A stretch of 64,000 bases of DNA, taken from positions 62,001-126,000 of the forward strand of contig MU061547.1 in NCBI GenBank assembly GCA_013265495.1. Direction: 5' to 3'. This document shows positions 36,748 to 48,722 of this stretch, piece after piece (the first letter of the stretch is position 1; each line of letters starts with the position of its first letter). The translations under genes and the position numbers were made by a program. This DNA is from Vicugna vicugna. Its lineage: Eukaryota. Below the pieces are notes generated by a model. That model was not told the DNA's origin. It saw nothing but the letters and a program-made list of their open reading frames with translations, and ran no database searches.

Positions 36748-38997
36748 GTATATTTTGGAAGATTTCTTATGTTTGAATAGAGTAACAGTGTAGCTCATTT
36801 AAAAAATATGTGTCATGGTAGTTTTTTTCAAGGAAAGTTTAATCATAAAAAATGATTACCAAAGAATTACCAAAGTGATTACCAGGGCCTGAGGTCAAAA
36901 AGAACAAAAAAATGGATTGAATTACTTAATTTGAAGAAATAGAAAAAAAGTGGAAAGATGATGAATTAGAGAAAAATTTTAAGAAAACCAAAACAACAAA
37001 CAGTAAGAGAATGTACATTCACTGTCGGTGATACCAGCATGGAGGTCACCTTCTTAAACTATAACAAGCCCTTATGACTCAGTGAGGAGAGAGCAAACAC
37101 CACATTTTTTAAATCAGCAAAAATATACGAAGAGAATAAAATTGTTTAACTTCACTGATTCTGAAAAATGTGCAAAGTAAAACTAAGAAGTTCCTGTGTC
37201 ACCTCTCAGATGGGCCAAAAGACCTGGTTGGCCAGGACACTGGCAGCACGGCTTCCAGGAATCCAGCAGTGTCTGATCTCCACCAGGGAGAATACCCACG
37301 GTGCAAATGTACATCCAACTTTGAAATGCAAATACTGTTGATCCAGCAAGACAGCATTTGGGAATTCATTTCACAGATTTATTGACCCAAATGGAAAATG
37401 GCATATGTAGTAGTCTGTTTGTTGCAAGACTGTTGAAATTCCACAAGACTAGAAACAACTTTCAAGGCCTGTCACATACTGGGGAGGTCAGTCCTCAGAC
37501 ACGCCTACAAAGGACCACTCTGCGCTCACTGAAATGAAAGAGGAGCTCTATTTGTGCTAGCATGGGGAAATCTCCAAGATGCGTCTATCCTCAGTGAAAA
37601 ATAAAGATGCAGAAAGTGTGTGTAGTTGTAGTACTGACCTTTTAAAAAATACATATATGCACATATTATCATGAATCTCCAGAAAATACAAGAGAACCTG
37701 GTACCCATGAGCTGAAGTCTCCTGGGATGTTGGTTAACATGGTCCCTAAACATTAACCCCACATTCATACAGATGATGATTTCAAAAGGAAATTACTCTG
37801 CAAGTCAACTGAAAGTTTTAGGAATTCTTCCTAGTTGTCTAGGGCTTAAGACCCCTGTGGTTAGAATACTCTTAAGTATATTTTGGAAGATTTCTTATGT
37901 TTGAATAGAGTAACAGTGTAGCTCATTTAAAAAATATGTGTCATGGTAGTTTTGTTCAAGGAAATTTTAAACATAAAAATTGGTCACCAAAGAGTTACCA
38001 AAGTGAATACCAGGGCCTGATGTCAAAAAGAACAAAACAATGGATTGAATTAGTTAATGTGAAGAAATAGGAAAAAAATGGAAAGATGATCAATTAGGGA
38101 AAAGTTTTCAGAAAAGCAAAACTACAAACAGCAAGGGTAATTACGTTCACCATCAGTGATACCACCACGGAGGTTACCTCTTTCAAGTACAGCAGTCCCT
38201 GAAGACTCAGTGAGGAGTGAGCAAAAACCACATTTTTTAAAATCAACACAAATATATGAGAAGAATAAAAGTGTTTAGTTTCACTGACTCTGAAAAATGT
38301 GCAAAGTAAATCTAGGAAGTTCCTGTGTCACCTCTCAGATGGGCCAGAAAGATCTGGTTGGCCAGGACACTGGCAGCACGGCTTCCAGGAATCCGGCAGT
38401 GTCTGATCTCCACCAGGGAGAATACCCACGGTGCAAATGTACATCCAACTTTGAAATGCAAATACTGTTGATCCAGCAAGACAGCATTTGGGAATTCATT
38501 TCACAGATTTATTGACCCAAATGGAAAATGGCATATGTAGTAGTCTGTTTGTTGCAAGACTGTTGAAATTCCACAAGACTAGAAACAACTTTCAAGGCCT
38601 GTCACATACTGGGGAGGTCAGTCCTCAGACACGCCTACAAAGGACCACTCTGCGCTCACTGAAATGAAAGAGGAGCTCTATTTGTGCTAGCATGGGGAAA
38701 TCTCCAAGATGCGTCTATCCTCAGTGAAAAATAAAGATGCAGAAAGTGTGTGTAGTTGTAGTACTGACCTTTTAAAAAATACATATATGCACATATTATC
38801 ATGAATCTCCAGAAAATACAAGAGAACCTGGTACCCATGAGCTGAAGTATCCTGGGATGTTGGTTAACATGGTCCCTAAACATTAACCCCACATTCATAC
38901 AGATGATGATTTCAAAAGGAAATTACTCTGCAAGTCAACTGAAAGTTTTAGGAATTCTTCCTAGTTGTCTAGGGCTTAAGACCCCTGTGGTTAGAAT
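36741..38997. repeat. Direct tandem duplication, 2 x about 1128 bp (36741-37868; 37869-38997)
   Basis: Both units start ctcttaagtatattttggaagatttc and end acccctgtggttagaat; duplicated ORFs appear in the ORF track (37170/38297, 37526/38656). Confidence 0.97.
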
Positions 38998-39999
38998 CAA
39001 GTGCTTGTAATTCCACAACTGCACATAAATAGGACTCTGGGAGTTGGCACACAGAACACAGGCTTCCCTTTGTACCCCGGCTTCCTCACTCGCTACCCGT
39101 TATGTGTTAGTATCTGTTCCTCCCTCCAATCTCCTGTTTGCTGATGTCCTGAGCATGGATGAGACATCCCCCCTCCGTGCTGCCTATTGTCCCAGGTTGC
39201 CTTCATACTATATGACTTGTTATATAACTTTGAACTTGAAATGGCCTATTTACAGTTGTCTCCCCTGCCATCTCAGGATCTCATCTACAGGATGATCTTC
39301 CACACTGTGTACTTAGCTCCCACCACAAAACTCACCACACAAACATTGGGGTTTCCATCAATACAGGTAAAGAAACACATAAGCTGCCACACAGCAGGGC
39401 CCCCAATTCCAATTTCCTTATCATGTTAACTGTTGCCCAGGGGTCTCAAGCTAAGGGGAACAATTTTAGAAACTAGTGCTCAAGGACAGAAAGTGCACAC
39501 ACGCCCGCCTGAACCTGCCACCCTCCTCTCTGAGGGACAGGCCACTCTGTGTTCTCTGGGTTCCTCATGTTTCCCTCCCATGAAACTTACCCAGCAAGGA
39601 AGCCACCACCATCTGTGACTCACACCACAAGGACACGAATTAACAGAGTGAAGAAAAAGCCCATCACTTGCAAATCTTTCATGTCCACCTTCATTCCTCA
39701 ATCTGGTCAAGGAGCGTCTCTTAAGTAAAACTATGCTTTTGACATGAGGATTGATTTCTCACTAAACGTGATGCCTGCAGGCTGACAGACTGTGGAATCT
39801 ACAGGCATAGATCTGCTTTCCTGAGGGCTGCGAGCTGATGCTGAATTGCCATTTCCCTGACTAAAGCCACTAGAATAAGTCCCACCACTGGTCCAGCCCC
39901 CAAAGACCCTTGGGTATCAGCAGAGGAAGGCCCTGAGCACACCGAAGGTCTGGGTGGCCTGGTAAGGGGGATAAGGGGGCATGATGAGCGCTGCCTCAT
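37010..39999 (-). pseudogene. Unnamed decayed multi-exon coding-like gene, copy B (exon 2 partly duplicated by the tandem repeat)
   Basis: Exon 39999-39775 (MRQRSSCPLIP...DTQG...EM...AD...IPQSVSLQ|GC). Exon from 39012 (NYKHLILTTGV...LGTMLTNIPGYF...QVFW). Homologous to copy A. Confidence 0.45.
38540..38830 (+). mobile_element. Ancient L1 3'UTR fragment (L1MC/ME-like); duplicate at about 37410-37700
   Basis: aaagaggagctctatttgtgctagcatggggaaatctccaagat...agtgaaaaataaagatgcagaaagtgtgtgtagt. Confidence 0.6.
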
Positions 40000-42054
40000 C
40001 GAGTGTCCCAAGGTACATGGCAAGTATACAAACAGGAAACCGGAAACAGGAGTTGGTGACAGGAAGTGACCATGGTTTGGAGAAAGGAAGGGAGTGGGAG
40101 TGAGGGAAAGGACAATCAAAGCCGTGTAAGAGGAGTCTTCACCAACTCTGATGTTCACTTACAAGTTGTCACATGTGGAATAAACTTATATATATTTGAA
40201 AATAAGGGCCCAAGTGAAAGGCCTCTCCCATACTTGAAAATTAATATGTAATTTTTAAATTACTGGAGGAATCCAAGGCCTGTGCACGTAGTTTCTCATC
40301 CATTCTGCGGGAAGACTGCATTAGAACCATTCTTTTGCACATGCTTTGGTGCAGGAACAAGAGAGCTGCTCTAGACAGTTCTGTGTTCCTTCTCCCTTTC
40401 CCTCAGATCTGTGTGTGTAGTCTTCTGCACGAGTGCTCCCTCGCCTGTGAACTTGGTGGTATGTAGTCCTCACAGATGTGTTTATGAAGGAAAGTCTTCA
40501 GTGTTGCAGTTGGTTGCAGGAACTCATTACAAATGCAAAGGAAAATAGAAGACACTTCTCTTCAAGAATACAGGGGAAGAGCTGAAGGAAGCGAGACTGA
40601 TGAGACAGTGTCAGGTTGTGTCCCTTGGCCTCCTCAGGCTTAGGTTAATTCTGCTAGTGTGTCTATGCTGAGTGAACCACTGACAAGAACACAAACAGCC
40701 AGTCTGCACCCTGGGGGTAGTCCTTCTCTGTGAAGCAGCAGCCCAGTCCGTGGTGGATGCCGTGGGCAGCTGGCATGTCCTCTGGGACTGAAGACCTGAC
40801 AAGGTGTGTGTCCTCTCTGGGGCCGGGAGGAGCAGTGCAACAGGAGCAAATCTCGGAGCTGCACAGCTGTCAGGAGCCCCAAGGGTGCCCAACCTTATGT
40901 CCTGTTCAGTTAGGGCATTGGGACCTGTCCAAATCTCCTAACCCATCATGTGCTTTAAGCCCTGGTGACTTCATTACTGCCCAAGACCCTCATGCCAGTT
41001 AACAAACTGTATTTTTTTTTGTTAATTCAAAACAAAATGCTTCCTGTACAAAATCACTTAAACTTAAGATGTTTTATTCTAGATTCCATCCATTCACATT
41101 CTATTAACTACCCTGTGGGTATAAATTAGAGTCAGCATATAAACATACACCATGCAGTTAATTCTGACATATTTCATGTTAATTACAAATGGACAAATAA
41201 TTCTTCCCAGTTCCAACCTGCTCTTGTCCCGGATCTTCATCTCCTGCTTCCTCACTAGAATCAAACCCCTTTATTGCACCCTGCAACTTCATCAGCTGCC
41301 CCTGGTTTCTGTCCAAGTCAAGGGTACAAGAGAAATCCCTCATTGTGGCCAATTTTGTAGGCAGCCTACCTGATTAAGAGAACATATCTTTGTACACTGA
41401 CTATGTTTATGGCAGAGTTTGGATAATGTTATTCATTAGCAAATTCTCACCTAAAAAATAAATGAAAAATGGATTTCAATACCCAATATCTAGCAGAGAT
41501 TTTTTTGTAAAATAACTGATTGATGTTTTTCAAAGAAAAATACTTTCTTGTTGTGTATGTATTCTTGTATAATTATAACATAGTTCAAAGTCATTAACCA
41601 TTATTTTATGGGCTGCAAATCCTGTCAGTTGGACATACAGGTCACTCTCAGTGCTTGTATGTGTGGCCAAAGGCAACAAGTTCCTCAATTAGCCTGTCAT
41701 TGTCCTACTTTGTGTTGACTTTTCTCACATAAGGATCACTTTGGTTGGCTTCAAATTGGATTTGAGATCAAATATTGAGCACAACCAAGTAAATAAAATA
41801 AATAAAAAAAATAATACATTAATATGACACACTCTGAAAAAAATATGAGAATGAATACATGGATATATATGCATGACTGGGACCTTGTGCTGTTCACCGG
41901 ATATTGACACATTGTAATTAACTTTAGCTCAATTAAAAAATAAATTAACTTTTAAATATATGATGTATTCAAAGCATAAATGAAGGAGTGGGGAGCGATG
42001 ATGCAGAGTGTTATTGATCTGACACAAGTAGGATTGAGAAGATTTACTTTTCAC

Positions 42055-42744
42055 CTTCTCTACAGCCCCCAGGCCCTCTGTGTCAAGCAGAGCTGGAGTG
42101 TGGTCTGGTTTCTCGGGGTGAGTCACACACCACACCCAGATGCCCTTCATGTGAGGCTGCACTGTGCAGTCCAGAGAGGGGCTGTGGGGGAAGAGGGAGT
42201 GGAGTTTTAGTAGCAGACAGAGCAGGAAATTGAGTAAGACTAACAAAACCTGAGTTAAAAGAGATAAATGAAACTATAATGAATATTGGTCTTAATTACA
42301 ACTAGATAAAGAGGGAAATTAGAATGTCCAGTACAAACTAAAAGGTTTATTTTTACCTTAAAGATCTGTGTTAGCTTGTATTCCTTTTTTTTTTTATTAA
42401 CACTTTAAGGAGGAAGTTAAGGCAAAGTGGGAATTAAGAGTTGAGTCTTATCCTCCAGAACAGAGAAAATGTCAGAAGCCCATCACTGGATGGAAAATGA
42501 GATTTCAATGTTCCTCCCTGTCCCTAACTTCCTCTCCTAACATCACCGTCCTGATTGCTGGGAGTGTGGGTGGGCAGAAGGGACTCAAGGAGGCTTTGGT
42601 GGTGTCCTCACTCACCCTTGCTCTATTCATCAGGTAGGACTGGCCTGTGCGGTACAGGCCCACACTGGCCACCAGCACCAATGGCTGCGGAACGGCAGGC
42701 AGGATGGTCAGAGCTTTTGGATCAGCCAACAGTCACCCATTAGT
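42055..42744 (-). pseudogene. GBP1/2/3/5-type relic (exons 2-3 only)
   Basis: 42744-42616 TNG*LLADPKALTILPAVPQPLVLVASVGLYRTGQSYLMN with gtgagt donor; 42181-42055 [41 protein letters not shown] with cag/gtgaaa. Confidence 0.9.
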
Positions 42745-43904
42745 GGCAGAAAAAGAGCCAGGCTTCCCATTTTCTATGATCAGGACCCACTTCCTCTTCC
42801 AACAATGGCCCATGGGGTCTGCTGGCAAGCAAATAGCCTGTCCAATTTTGTACCATGAGGCATAACACTTTTACAAAATGGGAATCGATCAGTGACTGAC
42901 TCAGAAAAACTGGCTGCACAAAGATTTTATAAGCTCCCAAATTGCAATAACTTGTTACCTCTTCTTGCTGTTTGCAATAAAAATAAAAGTTCCATTGAGT
43001 CAACTCAAACAATGCTCTTTATTTCATGATTGAGGCCAGTGTGAATAGTGTGAGGATGCCAAAACTTCATAGAATACTTTTGTAGGTCCACTTGCCCGGA
43101 ATATTAGATTCATTCACAATGGACCTGGTAGCTCCTGTTTCATAGGTGAGGGCTGTAGGTTCCCTGATGGAATGACCACGGCTTATGCTAACCCAAGTGC
43201 TGACACATAGCACTTAGTAAATAAAAACAATAATGTGAATATCTTCCATTTTTTGCACACTTGAATCAGACCCAGTGACAACTTCTTTACCTAGATTATT
43301 TTCTCTTAGTCTTACAGATACTTTTACCACAACATTAGAGACATTCAATAACTTGTTACATTCACAAGGTCGTAAATAAAATTTGAATCCAAAAAGTGTT
43401 GCTCCAGAACCCATGCTATCAACCACCTCACTTACTAGCTGTGTGTTTGCTGCATGAATAAGAATGACAATAATATTTCTTATTTTTAATTGTTTCTAGG
43501 CCACAACCTTTATGTATGTAAGTTAATATTCATAATAACACTTTATAATATGGAGTTATTACTATCCCCATTGTCCAAGGAGGGAAAACAGTCACAGGTA
43601 AATATATGTCAACTAAATATTTTTTGTATCCATTAAAGGATTACAGCCCTGCAGATGTTGAGTGCAGAGTTCTATGGGTTTTCAATAAAATTTAATAGAA
43701 TTCAATGATAGACTAGAATTTCTTTCATTGGTCTTCATTCCATTCTCTATCTCTGAGTTTCCATGGATCAAGGAGTGTAACTGCACGACCACTACAGAGG
43801 TCCTAGTGCCTGATGTCTGCAGATCCATACTGGTGGCCTGCGGGCACAAGATCTCAGGGACAACAGAGCAGAGTGCTAACATTCCCATGGCTAAAGCAGG
43901 GACA

Positions 43905-46600
43905 AATATCATATAACATGATCAAGTCGGATTCATCCCAGGTCACAAGGATGGTTCAAAATATGCAAATCAATCACTGTGATACACCACATCCACAAAA
44001 GAAAGGACAAAATCACATAATCATCTCAATTAGATGCAGGAAAAGCATTCGATAAAATTCAACACCCATTTATGATAAAACTCTTACCAAAGTGGATATA
44101 GAGGGAATAGACCTCAACATAATGAACGCTATTCATGACAGACCCAGAGCCGGCATAACACTCAGTGGTGAAAAGTCTACTTTTAGTTTCTTGAGGAATC
44201 TCCATACTGTTTTCCAGAATGGATGCACTACATCCATTAGGGTTCCCTTTTCTCCACAGCCTCTCCAGCATTTATGGTTTGTGGGCTTTTGAATGATGGC
44301 CATTCTGACTGGTATGAAGTGATACCGCATTGTAATTTTGATTTGCATTTCTTCGATAATTAGCGATGCTGAGGATTTTTTTCATGAGCCTAATGGACAT
44401 TTGTAGTCTTCACCAGAGAATTGCTTATTGAGATCTTCTACCCATTTTTGGACTCGGTTGTTTGTTCTTTTCTCATCAAGTTGTATGTGCTGTTTATATA
44501 TTCTGGAAATTAAGCCCTTGTCTGTCTCGTCTTTTGTTAATACTTTCTCCCATTCCGTAGGTTGTCTTTTTGTTTTGCTTATGATTTCCTTTGCTGTGCA
44601 AAAGCTTGTAAGTTCAATTAGGTCCCATTTGTTTCTTTGTCCTTTTATTTCTATTGCTTGTGTAGGCTTCCCTAGGAGAACGTTACTGAGATTTATGTCA
44701 GATGATGTTTTGCCTATGTCTTCTTCTAAGAGGTTTGTAGTGTCTTGTCTTATGTTTAAGTCTTTAAGCCATTTTGAGTTTACTTTGTGTATAGCATGAG
44801 GGAGTATTCTACTTTTTAAAGGCTGAACAGTATTCCACTGTACACATCAACCATCTTTTCTTTACTCATTAATCTGTTGATGGTCATTCAGATGTTTCCA
44901 CATCTTGTCACTGTGATTGTGAATACTGCTGCCAAGAATGTGAGAGTCTGAAATTTCTTTGATGTCCTATATCAATTCTCTTGGGTAATTAGAAATGAAA
45001 TTGCTGGCTCCTATGGTAGCTCTACTTTTAATCTTTTGAAGATATTTCATAGTGTTTTTCATAGTGTTCCCACATTTTGTATTCCTATCAACAGTGTGCA
45101 AGGTTTCTTTTTCTCCACACTTATCAACATCTATCATCATTTGTTTTTGGATAATAGCTGTTCTAACAGGTCTGAGGTGCTATCTCATTGTGTTTTTGAT
45201 GTATTTCCCTAGTAATTCATGATGTGTATTTTTTCCTATACTTGTTGGCCATTTGTACATCTTTGGAGAACTCTGCTCAAGTGCTTAGCTCACTTTTCCA
45301 TTGGGTTTTTGGTTTTTTGGTACTTAGTTGTAAGGGTTTCTTATATATTTAGGAGATTACCCCTCATTATGGTATATAGTTTGCAAATATATTCTACCAT
45401 TCTATTGGTTGCCTTTTCACTCTGCTGATCATCTTCTTTACTGTACAGAAACTTCTTAGTTTTATTAAATTCAAATTATTTTTGTTTTTGTTTTTTTGCC
45501 TGTGATTTTGGTGTCCTATCTCTGAAATCTTGCCAAGGCCAATGTTGTGAAATTCTTCTGTAAGTTTTGCATTAGAAGTTGAACGATTCCATGTCTTACA
45601 TTTAAATTTTTAATTCATATTGAGTTGACTTTTGTTTGTGGTGTAAGAAAATGGTCCAAATTCATTCTTTTATATGGATCTCTATTATCTCCAACATCAT
45701 TTATTGAAGAGAATACAATTTCCACCTTGTGTGGTGTTCGCAGCCTTGTCAAGTATCTGTTGATTGTGTATGTGTGGATTTACTTCTCGGCTTCCTATTT
45801 TGCACCATTAGTCTAAATGTTCTCTTTATGTGAGGACACGTCTATTTTGAATATTGTAGCTTTGTAATATATTCTGAAAGCAGGAAGTGTGATGCATCCA
45901 GGTTTGTTCTTTCTCAGGATTGCTTTGCGTATTTGAACACTTATGTGGTTCTGTATTAATTGTGGAACTATTTCTTTCTATTTTTGTAAAAAAAAATTGG
46001 AATTTTGATAGAGATTACTTTGAATCTATAGATCACTTTATTTTGTATGAATATTTTAAGAATATTAAATATTCCAATCCATGAGCATAGGATGTTTCTG
46101 CATTTGTGTCTTTTAAACATTTTTTCATCAATATTTTGTACTTTCTAGCATATAAGTCTTTCACCTCCTTTGTTAACTTTATTCCTAAGCATTTTATTCT
46201 TTTTTAAACATTTTTTATTCAGTTAGAATCATTTTACACTGTTGTACATTTTATTCTTTTTGATGCTATTATAAGTGGAATTGTGTTACTTTTAGCTGTA
46301 ATTTCCTTTACAGATGATTCACTGTTAGTGCATGGAAATGCAACTGATTTTTTGATGTTGGATTTGAATCCTGTAATTTAACAGAATTTTAAAATTCATC
46401 TTATCAGTTTTTTAAGTGGAATCTTTAGGGAATTCTGTCTGTAAGGTTATTTCATCTGCCAACAGGGAGAATTTTATTTCCTCCTTCCCACTTTGAATGC
46501 CTTTCATTTCCTTTTCTTGCCTCATTGCTCTGGCCAGGACTTCCACCACTGTGTTGAGTGAACATGGTGAGAGTAGTTATCCTTTCCTTATCCCCAGTCT
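43905..46600. mobile_element. Composite L1 fragments (+ strand RT piece 43905-44175; - strand pieces 44176-44812 and 44813-46600)
   Basis: [22 protein letters not shown] on +; [19 protein letters not shown] on -. Confidence 0.9.
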
Positions 46601-48722
46601 GGCCAGTGAAGCCTGAGCATGAGAACATACGGTCTGAGAGGAAGAAACTGAATCAAATTCAAGAGTGTAATTTTAAAAGTTATATCAAGTTGACATCAAG
46701 TTTATTTTCTTTTGAAAAAAATCCTAAACATTAATCTGAAAGTGACTAATGAACTAATGGCAGAAAAGAAACGTCCAATAAAGTACTTTAAACGGATGTT
46801 TTTGAGAATGTTTGAGAAAGAACAAAGTTGTTTTCTGTTTACACAGAACTAGGTACAAAATAATAACTGTTTAAAAAGTGAGAATAATACAAAATTTAAG
46901 GTGTAAAAAAAGATAAACTTAAATAAAAACAAGATAATATGTTAGATGCTATGTGTGTTGTCAGGGCATATTTGTTCTAGAGTCCTTTTAAGGCTTTGTT
47001 AAGTATGACTTCAAAAGATAAGAGCAACCTAAGAAATGTTAATAAACTGTCTGACATAAAAACTAGAGGAAAGGTTAAAGGGAATGCTGAGATATGGTAA
47101 AGTGAAAATATGAAAGTGTTGTATATGATGTACATGAAAATGCTACTGAGTTGTTATTAGTATTATCATCCCTAATATAAGGTTTATCTACAGAGACCCA
47201 CCTGGGAGAACTGGTTGACTCTAACATGGATGGAAATTGCTCACATTATGAGTCTCTGCTTTCCAAAGTGGAAGACAGACAACGCTCTCATTCTCAGACT
47301 ATCCAGGGGGAGGCATGTGATTTAGATTCTGTCAAGCAGATATACCTCTGTGAAATGGAGATGTGAGCAGCCCAAAGATGCAAGTTTTCATGGGGGATTT
47401 TGTTCCCTGCAGATATAAAGTAGAGGAGTTCGTATACTCAGAGCTGACATTGGTGGAGCTTCTGCCATTGGATCTGGAGATGCCGTTATGCCAGGGAGTG
47501 ATGGAAGGTTTGTTTTCCTTCGAGATTCCTTCACTTTGTGGTTGGTATTGTTCTTCCTGAAGCAGCAGTAGAGTCTGGCTCTCTCGCTGTCCTAGAGAAT
47601 CTGTCTGCTACCTGACAGTGTTAAAAATCTTTTTTTTTCTTATTACTGAGAAGATTCTGTTGCTTGCAATAAAGATCCTTAAGTGATACATATGCTGGAA
47701 CAATTTCATATTAATAAATTATTTTTTATTTTTCTGCTTTTTTGTCTTTCCACGCTAGACATTTATCCTGAGTGGCTTCCCGGGTATGACGTCTTAGTAG
47801 AAGAGAGGGAAGAAAAAACAGAGTCAAGTTTTAGATTTTGAAGGATTATAGTTATGATTTTCAGAGGAATGGAAAGGAATGTATTTTGAGCTTGAGTTAA
47901 AGTTCCCTTTTGTGATCATAGAAACTATTCTCGGAACTGTAGAAGGAGGGAAAACTAAGAAAAAGAAAGTAGAAATGAGAGGTGTTGGGTGGCCTGGAAA
48001 TGGGGCAGTAATTGTGTGAAGGGATTCTTTTAGACAGAGAAGGTTAAACATCCACTCATGAATCCACTTTGAACAGGGGCAAGCACTTCCCCTGCCAGTG
48101 TCCCAGAGTCACATCAGTGACCACTGATAAGGCCTCCACCCGATGGAGAACTGTCCACTGTCTGCACCCTGGAGTTAATTGTCCCAGGTCTCCCTTACTG
48201 GAGGCCATCATGTGACCTTATGACCCCTTTGTAGCCACTTTTATTTAACTGGGGTCCGTGGCTTTGGTCATTCCCATTAGCTTTTCCCTCTGTTCCCAAC
48301 ACTCCAATTCTACCCCAGGACCTAAGTAAAACGTTGAGTAAGGGCATATCTAGAAAGGTGGTGTATGTGGGGGGAATATATCTGTCATGAGCGGAACTGA
48401 TTATCTCCCCACTGTAAAATGCATCCCACTTATAAAATTTAAGGTTTCTCTAGAGTCAATATGCATGATTTCAAATATAGGATCCAGCTAGGTATCACAC
48501 TTATTGGTAGTACTATAATTAAGCATGAATTGAATCACCCTGTAGGTAAACACATTGTCTTCACATTTCATTTCATCTTGGCAAAAATTTATGGCTCAAT
48601 GACAATTCAAGCCTCATTGTTTCAAGTTTTGTTCTGTGGTAATTGTTTATTGTTCTGAAGTTGCTCATTCAGCTTGTTCCTAGCAGACGGGGGCTGGGTA
48701 GGAAATTGCTTTACTTAGACTT

